Assembly: GCF_001194135.2 (NCBI RefSeq)
Contig: NC_068988.1
Location: forward strand, 53,735,749 to 53,781,525
Length of the DNA stretch: 45,777 bases
Reading direction: 5' to 3'
Source of the DNA: Octopus bimaculoides
Taxonomy: Eukaryota
The notes beneath the pieces were generated by a model. The model made no database searches. It had not been told where the DNA came from and saw only the letters and a list, made by a program, of their open reading frames with translations. Of the stretch, positions 22,301 through 35,978 are shown in pieces; the stretch's first letter is position 1; the number at the start of each line of letters is the position of its first letter. Both the position numbers and the translations under genes were made by a program.

Positions 22301-24621
22301 CATCTGTCATATTTTCCAAGACTATTCCGCAAAGACTATTCAGTCCACTCTACTGAGTGTTTGATGTTAGGAAGGGCATCCAGCTGTAAAAGCCAATCCA
22401 GAACAGACACTGAAGACTGGTGCAGTCTTCTGCCTAGCCAGCTCCTGTCAAACCCATGTCAGCATGGAAAGAGGATGTTAAGTGATGATGATGATTCTAA
22501 GCTTAACTATCTTACCACACACTCTGGCTACCATGATCACCTTATCTACCCATTTTGCAGTCATCACTATGGCCTAACTAAAAGAATTTCTTCTTTTGTT
22601 CCTTGCCTGTGAGCAGTCTGGCTGAGACTCCCTGTCATCTTGCTTCCAGCACCACTAAATCTACATTTCATTGTTTCTGCATTGACTGTGGACGCTCAAA
22701 AATTGTAGACTTGATAGCAAGAACGAGTGGGTAGCTTACACGGTAGATTTTAGTACCTGAAGAGAAGGTTTGTGCTTGTGTTTGCCTGAATGCAAAGGAA
22801 TTTTGCATATGTCCAATTATGCAAGTATTACCTACAACTCGATGAATTATTTCTTTCAGATCCTTAAACCATCAGGGCCAAGAATGTTTTGGTGGTGCGT
22901 GTATGTATATACGTATATACTGTGTGTGTACGTGTATGTATATGTACATGTGTGTGCGTGTATGTATATATATATGTGTGTGTGTGCGCGCACGCTTGCA
23001 TGTAAATGAGTGCATATATGAATATATATTTGAAGATGTGACTTCACAGAATAGTTAAATTAATTTTCATTGTTTCCTCCCAACAAATAGATGTGTGTGT
23101 GTGTGTGTGATGAGAGTATGTAGCGATACACGCACCGAACAACCTCTTCACAAACACACGCGCACGGAGAAACAGTAAGTTAGCAAACAGCACATTAAAG
23201 TTTATGAGTGATAACTAGATACAGATACAAGGTTATTATAATGTAAACAAAGCAGCTAAGCTAGCTTGGCTGTAATCCATTTACATCATTCTATGTCATA
23301 CAACACACCGACATCGATAAACAAGTTGGTAAAAATAAAATACTAGAATTCCAAACAACTTCTAACGATACTTTTGAATGTCAGTGGGGAGACAACGAGA
23401 GAAAGATATGTGCAGCATAGCTGAACAGGTCATACAATATTCATATTAACGATGACAATAGTGATGATGATGATGATGACAGCAATGTTACCGGTGGCAG
23501 CAATTGCAACAATATTAGATTCGAGTAGGAGGTTAGAGTGTGAGTGACGATGTTATTTAGCCCCAGGTCAGCCAAATCGCCTAGACTTTTTATCAAAATG
23601 CGTTCTAGTCCGAAACAATATGATCTTTTATTCAAACAGAGTGTATCTAGGACTACATTATCGATTAACCTTGTTGTTGTTTAGCCTCAGGTCAGCTCTG
23701 GTCGAGCAGACCAATGATCAAAAGTTTCCCATGCGTGACTATCTCAACATCTTTTCAGACATATTGTTTCTATGACTGCATTGTCCAATATCTCCTTCCT
23801 TCTTTAAGACGGTAGGTCTTAATTTGAAAGAGATTTCGTTGCTGTCTCTAGTAGGCTGAGCGCCTGTAGTTGATATTGCGTGCTTACGGTGGTAGTTGTA
23901 AGGTTGGTCGTAGTCACGCTATCGCTAACGAGAGAAATACCAGTAACAGAAAATGTGATTGTTGTTTCGAGCGAACCTATGATAAAAGGCACTTCAGCCA
24001 CGACCATCTCGTTTTGGGTACGCGAATGGTATCTATGACAACATTGGATAAGGTGGTCTTTTTAAAACAGTAAGCGATTTGAGATTTGGGCTATTATTTC
24101 TAGCAGTCAGAGTGACCAGGAAGAGGATCCCACGTTGGCTAATAGTAGTAGTTGTTGCAAGCAGTAATAATAGTGATTGTGATATCTTAATTGAACAGTC
24201 GTTAGTTACTTTTACTTGTTTCAGTCACGTAAAAAGCAGCCAATCTGGTGCCACATAAAACTACTCAGTACACTCTATAAAGTGGTTCGTGTTAAGAAGA
24301 GCATCAAGCTGTAGAAACCATGCCAAAACATAGAGCCCGAGCAGCTCTTCAGCTGGCCAGTCCCTGTCAAGCCGTCCAACCCATGCCAGCATGGAAAACG
24401 GACGTTAAATGAAGATAACGATGAAGATGATGTCAATGTCCAAACACACCTGGAGTGGTATAAGTCACCACCAGGTTTTCTGTCTATTGAAAAATTATGC
24501 TACAGTCATATCAAATCAGATCAACGCTGTTTGGTTGATAACCTGGAAAGATAGGTGAGAATGAAATTGTAGGTTAGCCCCAGGTCAGTCCTGATCAAGT
24601 GACTTATGAGTAATTCACTTT

Positions 24622-25108
24622 GATTTGTTACCACCTAATGCAACGATCAATGCTGAAGTCTACTGTCAGCAATTAGAGCGTTTAAACCAAGCTTTGAAGC
24701 AAAAACACCCGTTTTAGTGAACTGAAAAGGAGTGATGTTTCATCAGGACAATGCGCGACCCCACACTGCAAAGATCACATCACAGAAGATCGAAGAGCTT
24801 TGTTGGAAAAAAATTCCTCATCCACCTTAGTCTCCCGACCTTGCTCCTTCAGACTACCATTTGTTTCATAGTTTGCAGAATCATTTGGGGGACATATCTT
24901 TTGCAAGCCAGGAGGAGGTCGAAACTGACATTTCAGAGTTCTTCACTTTAAAACCAAAAGAGTTTTAAATTGATGAGATTAAAAAGCTTGTAAATAGATG
25001 GAAGGAAGTCATAGATAATCAGGGAAAGTACATTGATGATTAAATTTCAATTAAATATAACATTTGATCACTTGTTTTCTTTATTCAAAATTCGGACAGA
25101 ACCTGATA
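24622..25108 (+). mobile_element. Mariner DD34D transposase C-terminal relic
   Basis: LLPPNATINAEVYCQQLERL...HQDNARPHTA...HPP*SPDLAPSDYHLFHSLQNHL...NRWKEVIDNQGKYIDD*. Catalytic D codons at 24747 and 24852 are 34 residues apart; internal stops and a frameshift. Confidence 0.93.
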
Positions 25109-25708
25109 GATAGATGGAGTAAAATTATATTGCTTATGTAATAAACTAATAATGACTCAACAGGAAAACCAATTTTATTGTCGACCACAATTAGTTAAGG
25201 TGCTGTGCATATTTCCTTCTTTTAAAAGATTATGTATGAGATGGAAATAGTCTGAAGTTTCAAAATTCTTGTAAACCAAATCACAGAGGATCTTAACATG
25301 TACTCAGTAGCAATGGTTTTTCAAAGAAAGGCTTGAAACTAACACTGTGTTTACTGAGAATGTTAAAAACAAATCTTTTTTTCCAAGTTCTTCATTAAAA
25401 TTTATTGCTAGCAAACATCCTGTTTCAAATGTACAGGTATCTTGTTTATATTGGGGCTAAAAAACTTGCAGTAAACTGGTCATCATTCAGGACATTACTG
25501 GTGTTTCATACCTATTCACACAGTTGATTTAGTTTACAGAAACCAACCATCTAAACATTAGTCTGCTCAAATTACAATTTGGGAAGGTCTTTTAAGAGCC
25601 TATAAATGCCTATAAATATTTATGAATCCAGATTAAAAAATAGTTTCTTCCCTAGAGCAGTTTGAAACTAAACACAACCCTCTTCTATTTATAGCGGGGT
25701 TATATATC

Positions 25709-26264
25709 CAATGGGGTGCTGAAAAATTCCTGGCTTTGGGTAAAAGAAAATACAGGAGGAACAGTCAATTATGATTTTATGCAACATATTCCCCTCTCAG
25801 ATTCACACACTGTGTTGTTTCTTAAAATTTTGAGAAATAAGTTGGTTAAAGATGTTGTTTTTCTGCTATAAAGATGATAGAATTAAAGCAAAATTTTAAA
25901 AATATCACAATCCAAGAAGATAAAGTACTTAGATAGTCACTTGACTTACTAAAAATAGCAGCTAAATCTCCCTGAAGTATGAATAAAAGTACATATTGTA
26001 TGACATAGTCCCTTTATACAGTCTGAAAAAAAAAAACAGACAAGAATCTAACTAAACAAAATTCCCAAATATTAAAGGAATTTTCATAAAAGTTGAAACC
26101 AAAAATTGGAAGCTGTATACAAAAAAAAAAAAAAAATTCCTTGAAAGATATCTGATAAGAAATAGTTCTACAGAGATAAGGGTTTAAAAAGTCCTGTAAA
26201 AGAACTAGGAAGGTTGAGCCTTTAACGATACCCTTAAAGCCAGGAACTTTTCAGCACTCCTTTG
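25709..26264. mobile_element. Tc1/mariner-type non-autonomous element
   Basis: Inverted ends GGGGTGCTGAAAAATTCCTGGCTTT and AAAGCCAGGAACTTTTCAGCACTCC, in TA-rich flanks. Confidence 0.7.
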
Positions 26265-26289
26265 TATATATAGAAATATGCTGTGCGTG

Positions 26290-27007
26290 AGAAGACCTGG
26301 CAAGACAAGTGAGACCATAACCCATGGGCTTTACGAGGGGTGTAGACAGCCCACTTATGCGTACCTTTCCTTCTTTGGATAGAAAACCCTGCTTGTGAAG
26401 ACCTGTTGAGGCAAGTGAAATCGAAATTGAACCAAATTCGACGACTGGCACCCATGCCAACCTTCCTTCATTGGACACTAAACTCTACTTGCGAAGACCT
26501 GTTGGGGCAAGTGAAATAGAAATTGAACCAAATTTGATGACTGGCACCTGTGCCAGCGGAGCGCTAACAGCACCATCTGAGCAGGATTACTGCCAGAGCA
26601 GCTGTCTAGCTTCCATGCTGGTGGCACGTAAAAAGCACCATTTGAGTGTGATCATTACCAACATCACCTTACTGGCACTTGTGCCGGTGGCATGTGAACA
26701 AAACATTTGAGCAAGGTCGTTGCCAGTACCGCGGGACTGACTCCTGTGCAGGTGACATGTAAAAAAAACACCATTTGAGCGTGGCCGTTGCCAGTACTGC
26801 CCGACTGGCCCTCGTGCCGGTGGCACATAAAAGCACCCACTACACTCTCAGAGTGGTTGGCGTTAGGAAGGGCATCCCGCTGTAGAAACTCTGCCAGATC
26901 AGATTGGAGCCTGGTGCAGCCATCTGGTTTGCCAGTCCTCAGTCAAATCGTCCAACCCATGCCAGCATGGAAAGCGGATGTTAAACGATGATGATAATGA
27001 TGATGAT
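26290..27007 (+). mobile_element. Family-E RTE-type long 3' UTR with tandem modules
   Basis: GAAGACCTG..GGCAAGTGA units and at least 5 GGCAC/GTGCC modules, then the conserved tail and (GAT)n. Confidence 0.85.
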
Positions 27008-27604
27008 ACATTACATTTTTTAAAAACTCTTTATATTACTTCAATAAAGAAGCTGTTTTCTAAATAAGCCTGCATGATGTAACATCCATTTAAAACTACT
27101 AAGCAGTGTGAAAAGTCAGGAGACAGTAACACACACACATACACACATGCAAGCAGACACATATGTGTGTGTGTGTGTGCATGTGCACACATACGATGGG
27201 TTTCTTTGAGTTGTCTTCAAACAAATCCACTTACAAGGCTTTGGCAGGCCTTGGAATATACAAAAAAACACTTAGCCAAGGAGCCATGTAGTAGAACTGA
27301 ACCTGAAACCATGTGCTTGGGAATACACAGCCACATCTACACTAATTGCAGAATGTTTATTAGATGGTCTCCTTCTTTGCTTGAAGTCTGCCAATTTTGC
27401 AAGATTACTTCTTAAACATTTAGTAACATATCAAACTGAGGCATTAATTATGGATACAAATGTAATTTATAGAGATGTTATAGATTTTGGAACGGTTGTC
27501 CACAGTTTGCTTTTGCATTGATTTTAGATACAGAGTTTACATTCTCTTGTCTTCATAGATGACCTCTACAACAGTTAAATTATTTCTGGTTTCTGTCCCA
27601 AATA

Positions 27605-27775
27605 GGTGCAGGAGTGGCTGTGTGGTAAGTAGCTTGCTTACCAACCACATGGTTCCAGGTTCATTCCCACTGTGTGGCACCTTGGGCAAGTGTCTTCTAC
27701 TATAGCCTCGGGCCGACCAAAGCCTTTTGAGTGGATTTGCTAGACGGAAACTGAAAGAAGCCCGTCGTATATATG

Positions 27776-27842
<67 letters not shown>

Positions 27843-28060
27843 ATATATTTGGGTGTCTGTGTTTGTCCCCCCAGCATCGCTTGACAACCAATGGTGGGGT
27901 GTTTACGTCTCCGTAACTTAGCAGTTCGGCAAAGGGGACCGATAGAATAAGTACTAGGCTTCCAAAGAATAAGTCCTGGGGTCGATTTGCTCAACTAAAG
28001 GCGGTGCTCCTGCATGGCCGCAGTCAAATGACTGAAACAAGTAAAAGAGTAAAGAGTAAA
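27605..28060 (+). mobile_element. Young full-length family-B SINE (CORE-like, OR2-like)
   Basis: A box GTGGCTGTGTGG, B box GGTTCATTCC, CORE-like CACCTTGGGCAAGTGTCTT, internal (TA)n(TG)n, tail GACTGAAACAAGTAAAAGAG; many CpGs intact. OR2 name is recalled, not verified. Confidence 0.9.
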
Positions 28061-28551
28061 TAATAATATCAGGGCTGCTGGATTTGTATTGGGTTTTGAA
28101 TGGAATGACCTACTAATATTCTTTCTGCTGGAATTTACAACTGTACGTACAGTGTGTCTGGGTGTGGGGTGGTGGTGGTAATCTTCTTATGGAAATTGCA
28201 TCAATTCACCATGCCACTACTTGTTAATTGTTTTTTAAGCTGTCCTTTTCCTTCTGTTTCTTTAATTTAGACACAATACATTTTCATTATGTTTGTACAC
28301 ATTGTTATACAAGCTGTTGATGTATCTCTATACAATATGTAATAGAAATAAGGGTAGAGTATAGACATAGTTTATAAGGAAAGAGTATAAAGAATCTTTA
28401 TATGCTCAGAGTATAGATTATAAGGGAAGTGGATAAACAAATTAGCTGAGTCAAGTATATTGCTGATACATACTTTATTAATACTTCAGAAGGATAAAAG
28501 ACAAAACCAGCTGTGGCCAGATTAGAACTTAGAAACTACAAATTACAATAT

Positions 28552-28937
28552 GGCACAGGCATGGCTGTGTGGTAAAAAGTATGCTTCCCAGCCACATGGT
28601 TCTAGATTCAGTTTCACTGCATAGCACCTTGGGCAAGTGTCTTTTACTATAGCCTCAATCCGACCAAAGCCATGTGAATGGATTTGGTAGACAGAAACTG
28701 AAAGAATCCTGTTGTATGTGTGTGTGTCTTTGTGTTTGTTTCTCACTACTGCTTGACAAGTGGTGCTGGTATGTTTACATCCCCATCACTTAGCAGTTCA
28801 GCAAAAGAGACCAATAAAATAAGTATCAGGCTTAAAAAAAAATATGAATTAGGATTGATTCATTTGACTAAAAATTCTTCAAGGCGATGCCCCAGCATGG
28901 CCCTGGTTTAATCACTGAAACAAGTAAAGGATAAAAG
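28552..28937 (+). mobile_element. Family-B SINE, older full-length copy
   Basis: Colinear with 27605-28060 but more diverged. Confidence 0.85.
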
Positions 28938-29555
28938 TAAAGATGTCAACATTAGAAATTTTCAAAACCAGGAAACAATTGTATCGATGTTATTTCTCTG
29001 GGACCTACCCCCACTTGGCAAAATGAACACACTCTCTACATTTCTAAATCAACATTGGGTCTAATCTGCAGGTTAATGTTTACTTGAAGGATCTGAACTC
29101 TCAGCATAAGATATGAATAAATATTGCAAGGAACTTCATTCACCAGTCTAGCAATTCTGCCATTCCTGATGATAATACGGTCACAAATTTAAGGGGTTGG
29201 GGTACAATTGATTAAATGAATAAAATTAAATGTCTGGTCATTTGGTCAATCCTACAAGGATGTGATACAAAGTCATCCTCAGCGGGATTTGAACTCAGGA
29301 TATAACTTTTTACAGCGTGACATTTTGTTCCTCTGTTTTTAGTAATAATGTCAATGCCTTTTCACATTAGTACAAAGCCAAAGGATTTTAATTGAATAGT
29401 AACTAGTATTTATGCCTGAAGAATTAAAAGCAAAGTTGGATCCTGTGGGATTTCAATGTAACAGGCAAGGGTAGGGGGCAAAACTAAATACTGATAGGCA
29501 TTTGTTCTGATGCTCTGCCAGCCATGCCTACCACTCCACTGTCCTAATAATAATG

Positions 29556-29589
<34 letters not shown>

Positions 29590-30733
29590 TAATTCTTTTT
29601 ACTACAGGCACAAGGCTTGAAATTTTGAGGGTAAAGGACTAGTTGATTACATCAAACACAGTACTCAACCGGTACTTATTTTATCAACCCTGGAAGGATG
29701 GAAGGCAAAGTCAACCTCAACAGAATTTGAACTCAGAATGTAAAACCAGAAGAAATGCCACCAGGCATTTTACCCATCATGGTAATAGTTCTGCCAGCTA
29801 GACACAAGACCTGAAATTTAGGGGAGAGTGTTAGTCAATTACATTGGTCACAGTGCTTGACTGGTACTTATTTTATTGACCCCAAAAGAATGAAAGGCAA
29901 AGTAAATCTTAACAAGATTTGAACACTGAAAACAAAGAGCTGCAGCAAATTCTCCAGGGTATTTGGTTCAACACCACCTTCAATAATAATGATGGCTAGC
30001 ATGGAAAACAAACGTTAAACAATGATGATGATGAATTCTATACTTTTTAATATGGTTGCAGGGGCACAAACTTAAGAGGAGCGAAGGTTACAATCAATGA
30101 TATTGCCCCTAAAATTTAATTGGTATTTATCTTAGGACCTCACCAGAATTCACAATCATCATAATTACCATTCATGGCCATCACCATCATCATTTAACAT
30201 CCAATGTTCTATACCTGCATTGAAGTTTGTTGAGACAGATTCTTTATAGCTAGATACACTTTCTGCAAAGTTATATTTTCTCATATGTTTTTCATAGAAG
30301 ATCAGAAATGAACCACCTTGCTTATTTGACAATGATGCTCATTTGCAACCATCACATGATGTCAAAACAAGGGCACACACACACACACATACACACATAC
30401 ATGCATATTTGTGGGTTACCAAAGTAACCACATGGAAATGTTGGTACTTGTCTCTGGAGATGATTACCAACATTTCTGTGATACACTTGAACAATTGTCA
30501 AAATCTCTTCACAAGAGACCATTGGTTGCCTTGTTAACCCACAAATAAAGAATATTTTTCACCAATGTGGTGTTGAGTGCTCATTCTCACTGGTAAATAN
30601 NNNNNNNNNNNNNNNNNNNNNNNNNNNNNNNNNNNNNNNNNNNNNNNNNNNNNNNNNNNNNNNNNNNNNNNNNNNNNNNNNNNNNNNNNNNNNNNNNNNN
30701 NNNNNNNNNNNNNNNNNNNNNNNNATATATATA

Positions 30734-30960
30734 CAGGTTTGGCCAGAAGTCACCTGACAGTAAATCAAAATTTCATAAATACTATCAGTAATTCTGTATT
30801 GACTTGAATGGAAAATGTGCTGCTCAAAAAGGACTTCAGTTTGAACAATTTTCATGATGTTTCATATTTAGATGCTTTTATTAAATTTATTCAGTTGTTA
30901 AACATAAATCTTGGAATTAAATGTTTTTATTTAATGTCAGGTGATTTTTGCCCAACCCTG
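30734..30960. mobile_element. Tc1-type MITE (227 bp)
   Basis: 26-bp TIRs CAGGTTTGGCCAGAAGTCACCTGACA and TGTCAGGTGATTTTTGCCCAACCCTG; TA on the left, CA on the right. Confidence 0.8.
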
Positions 30961-33900
30961 CATATATGCTCATACACACACACACACATGCACAATGGGC
31001 TTTTTTTCTGTTTCTACTCACCAAATCCACTCAGTCTAGAACTACAGAAGATACTTGCCCAAGGTTCCGTACAGTGAAACTAAACCCAAGACAACATGGT
31101 TGAGAAGCAAGTTTCTCAACCACATGGCTACACCTATGCCTATTATTCTTTTTTAAGCATTGCAGTTACAAAGAAGGAAAAATGAAAAGCTGCGATCATC
31201 ATGCTTTTCTTGGTTTTCTAAAGTTCAATTAAATCAACTTTTACCTTTCATTCATCCTAGGAAAAAAAAGCAAAAAAACTGTCAGTCTACAAGTATCAAG
31301 GCTGATATAATCAACTCTTGAATGGAATATCCCAGTATGGCCAAAGTCCAGTGGCAAGAACCACTAAAAAATATCATCACCATCATTATCATCATTTAAT
31401 GTATGTCCTCCATGCTAGCATGGGTTGGACAGGTTGACAAGAGTTGAGAAGCCGGAGAGCTCCACTGTCTGCTTTGCCATGATTTCTATGCTGGATGCCC
31501 TTTCTAATGCCAACCACTTTATTCAGTGTACTGTGTGCTTTTTTGTGGAACCAGTACCAGTCGGGCCATCAAATAACTTGTGAGATGAAGTCCTCTCAGC
31601 TGGGAGAGAGAGGGGAACAGAGGGAAATGACTGTGCCAGGCGAGAAGTTAGAGTGTAATAGAAAGCTAGAAATAAGTGTCATACTATAGAGAGGAGATAC
31701 TTGGCTACTTCAGTAGGAAAGGAGAGGAAAGGAAGAGGAGATAGAGTAAGAGAGAATGACAAAGAGACATTCAGAGTGAAAGAAATAGATGGTGTTGGAG
31801 GTGCACTGAGAAGGGGGGGGGGCTATCCACAGATAGCAGTGGGAGGAGTATAAGTGGTATGGTAGGAAGTTCCCAAAGAGTGTGAAGGGAGATGTTTAGA
31901 GATGGGGTAGTGATGACTAGCAAATGATGGTGACAGAAATTGGAGTGTCTGGTAGGTGGGGAATGGTAGATATGCGAGGGCATAAATAAGATAAGAGAAC
32001 ATTATGGATAATATATGTTCATTCTTCAAAAAAATCTCTGGTAGAAATGAAACAGTAAAGATAACTGATAAAATATAACTAATCTATAAGCTAAAGTTAC
32101 ATGAATTTATAACTATGGCAAGCATTTGTGTGTCATCTATGAAACAGAACACTTAATTCTGTAGTATTGTTTCAGGTTTTTTATTATTTTTTTTTAACGT
32201 TTTTACTAAGTGTTGGAGAAATTGTAAGGTATTAGATGACCTAGGAGTCATTATCACTTTCACCATTTTATCTATTTATTTAGTTTCTTGCCGATAAGGT
32301 CTTATCATCTTTCATGTTTCTTTAACATGTGGCATACAAGAACAAAATACTATACTTCCAATTTTTGTTACTGTGTAACAAAGTAGCAAAGATTGGTCTT
32401 TTTTCATTTTTCTTATCTTAAATTTAATTTTGGAAAGGTTTGTTTATGGCCGGATGCCCTTTCTACTACCAACCAGGATACATCTTTGACTAAGCAATTC
32501 TATTGTACCAATACCTCCTGCACTTGAGAGATTGTCCATGTTATGACTCAGGAAAGCTCTTGATTCTGAATCACTTTTTATGTACAGTTTCTGCTTTCCT
32601 AGATAGATTGCCTGCACTGCATGGATGCCCTTCGTGTTGCCAACCAATGTTACAACTTGAACAGCATATATTTTATCATACAACCCTACACTAAGCCGTC
32701 TATGTGAGGACTAAATAGTACCTTCTACTCAGATGCCAGCACTGCAGTTTTTGAAGTCCATATCGCTTCCAACCATTCCTTCTTTCAGTTTGAGCTTTTT
32801 TCTCCATTTTTTTTAATTCTTATTTTTTACAGTTGGACGGATTTCGGGTCAAGTGCGATAAACTAGTATCTTGAGTAAAGGATGAAAAGACGGAGACGAT
32901 TTATTACACACACTTTTATTGCTACAAGATTAGGGATTAAGCACTGGCTTTATGAACATAACTTGGAAACAATTTTAACATAATAAAAATAGATATTCTA
33001 CTGTAACTTTAATATTCAAATTCTAACTACCTTATTTTGATCATGTAAAACTTATATAGTCGATCTTTTAGAGTGAGAAAAATATTACTACGAGCTTATA
33101 TGTTAGAAATGACAATCATTATAGAAATTTAAATTTTAACGAGCCATAATTTTTCAAAATGTATATGTCGTATATATGTTAAAAGATACGAGACAGTAAT
33201 TGGAGAAGAGGAGTAGGAGTTAAAGAAGAAAGAAAAATAAAATGGAAAACAGATGCAGAAGAAAGACAGCAGAGAGTGAGGTGGTGAATAAAATTTACTC
33301 AACTCTGAATAAGTGTATATAAACAAAGAAGCAAACGCAGCACTTCTCGCTCGTTACCCCCAGTCAATTTTAATTAGACGGCAAAGAAAAGGCTGAGTGA
33401 AAGGAGATGGTGAAGCAAAAGGAAGTCGAAGAGTTCATGCCACTTCTTCAACATCAAATAACATACTTGAACTAAAAGAAAAGCCTCTACATAGTCGCAT
33501 TGCCTACTAGAAATAGCAGCCAAGCCTCACTGCAATTGCCCTTTAATATCATAAGGACACATTCAATATGCGTTTTGTAATACAGTAGTTAGAGCAAATC
33601 ATTTTACAGAATTGAGACAGACAGATGTCGGGTGGGATGACGTTGTATTACTTCTTTAACATCAAATAAAAAATGAACCTCTACTTGGTGACTCGACTTG
33701 TTAGAAATCGCGATCACATCTCCCTTAAAGCAAACTCTGCTGTATTAAAAAAAAGGAAGATACAGTAGATAATGTAGTCCTGGACGCATAGCATCATGGG
33801 GTGGGGAACGGGATGGTCATAACTGTAACCTATAATCATAGGTTCGCTCGATCAGAGTTGGTCTAGAGTTACATAACAACGAGAGGTACCAACGGTTGCG

Positions 33901-35896
33901 TAGTTACACTATCTGATACAAATAGCAGTAAAAATTCCCCTCAAACTATATCCTACTCTCTTAAAAAGTTAGAATACAACAGACAGCATGTCTAAGCTAC
34001 ACTACATCTGAAGTAAACATAGGATAGTTACGGCTGGAAAGCTTTTAATCATAGGTCTGCACAATCAGGGTGGGCCCGGGGTTAAACAACAGTTATTAAT
34101 AAAAATACATAAACAGTGAGGAATAAACCAAGCAAAATTAAAAATTATTGCGGTAGTGTCGTCAGCCCTGGGCGAACAGACTCGATCAAAAACATTCCAA
34201 TTGTCGCAAAATTCTGTCTTTTACCGAGGTATAATGCACTTCTGATTACATTATCCAAAGTCCTTTCCTAAAACGGTAGTGTGATGTGTGGGAGATTTGT
34301 CTACTACTTCTAGTAGGTCGAAACGACTGCATATAACATCCCACTTTGCTGAGTTGGTGTAATGTAATGAAAATGTGTGTTGTTTCGTAAAGTGATGAGG
34401 CTGAAGGTTGACATGGAAGACTGTATCTTTGTATCGATCTGAGTTTTGTAATTAGAGTATATATACAATGAGAGAGACAATGAAAATAAACAGTTTGAAA
34501 AGTAGAATAAATTGGATTGTGAGAAAGACGTAAAGTCTAATGTTTCGGTCAGAAACCCGTCTGACTTAGACCTTACTCGAGGCAAACTAATTCATTTATT
34601 TATTCTTACTTTCCAACTGTTTATACTCGATAATTACGGCACAAACCATCACTAATACCCTCGGGTCCTAGTGTTTTCCTTATTATAGACAATAGTTGTT
34701 TTGTCGCCACTGTATCATCTCACGCACTCTCTTTCTCTCTCTTTCACACATACACACACATTTACATAGAGGTAGGTACTTGCTTAAGAATATACTTGTA
34801 ATTTGTTTCAAGGTAAACTTTTAGATAGATTTCTTCATACTAAGAAGAATCGTAAATATGAGTGTCGTTAGGTAGTTTTCACCGTTTCAATTTGTGTGTT
34901 AGTGTATTAAGTATGTCTGTGTTTATCAGTGAATTAAAAAATCTCAGTGCGTGTTGCAACTTTGTTGGTGCGTAAGTGAGTCGATGAATGTCTATCATAC
35001 ACATATTTGTGTGTGTGTGTGTGTGTGCATGCATGTTTAAATACGTATAGTTATAAGTAAATTTATGTGAGTTTGGATGTGCGTATTTATAATTATGTAC
35101 ATGAAAGAGCGTGCATGTGCTTGTATCAATTTATGTACATACATGCATGCGAAAATTTGAATGCGTACGTATTTATGTTTAACTGTATACGTAGTTTTGA
35201 GTTGGAAATCGAGTGCATGTGTGTGTTTGTTAGTATATAGCTAAAGATTTGTGTGTGTTTACTTAGATCTAGGAAAAGTTATGTGAGTGTTCATGTTTGC
35301 GTATTTACATATCTGAAAGTTCCGAAGAATCTGGATAAACATGTTTTATTTGAACGATCTTTTCTCTCCTCATATCTATCTATCTATCTATCTATCTACC
35401 TACCAATCTATCTATCTATTAGCTTGGTGGTTGCAACAATGTTGTGGACACCAAAATAAGGCTAAGATTAAACAAAGGATGTTTAAAAAGCCAACCCAGC
35501 TTTCGTGGCCCGGCGACGCCGCCACCACCAGTACAAAATCATTTCATATAATAAGGCTAACTGCAATATCATCTCCATCATCAGTTAGCATATAACTTTG
35601 GCGGGAGGAAGAAAACTGTGACAAGTAACTTCGAGAGTTTTACGATGCCCTTTTTTCTTTTACCGTTTCTTTCTCTTAATGTGCATGATTTTTTTATCCC
35701 TAAGTTTCAAGCGAACATGTGACAATTCTTTAAGTTACTGCATTGCAGAGAAATATGAACTGAGGTGGTTATAACTATCATACTATAAGCCCCATCCATT
35801 CAAGAAACAACGTACGGTAACAACAAACTGTAAAATATTCTACGTGAAAGGCAAAATAAATTATATACACACACATATATATATATAGGCATGTGC

Positions 35897-35942
<46 letters not shown>

Positions 35943-35954
35943 ACATATTCTTAC

Positions 35955-35978
35955 TTGTGCAGTGCAGCATCCTGGCAT
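35955..35978 (-). CDS. SERINC5: SERINC5-like serine incorporator, coding exon 1 (MPGCCTAQ)
   Basis: ATG CCA GGA TGC TGC ACT GCA CAA followed by donor GTAAGA; A at -3 (ATCATG); phase 0 joins exon 2 (LSCC...). Parallels the recalled human SERINC5 start MSAQCCAGQ/LACCC. Implies a ~20.1-kb intron 1. SERINC family is secure; the 5-type assignment is by recalled similarity. Confidence 0.8.

Noticed and set aside
31770-32030. Purine-rich stretch with a CTSNTIY peptide on the minus strand (possible second GIY-YIG trace)
   Set aside because: Too degenerate to assign without an HMM search.
34525-34585. Minus-strand hairpin followed by GAAAC, resembling a PLE/hammerhead end
   Set aside because: No CUGANGA core (reads CTCGAGTAAG); at best a decayed PLE terminus. 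The GTAAGG here has no supporting exon.
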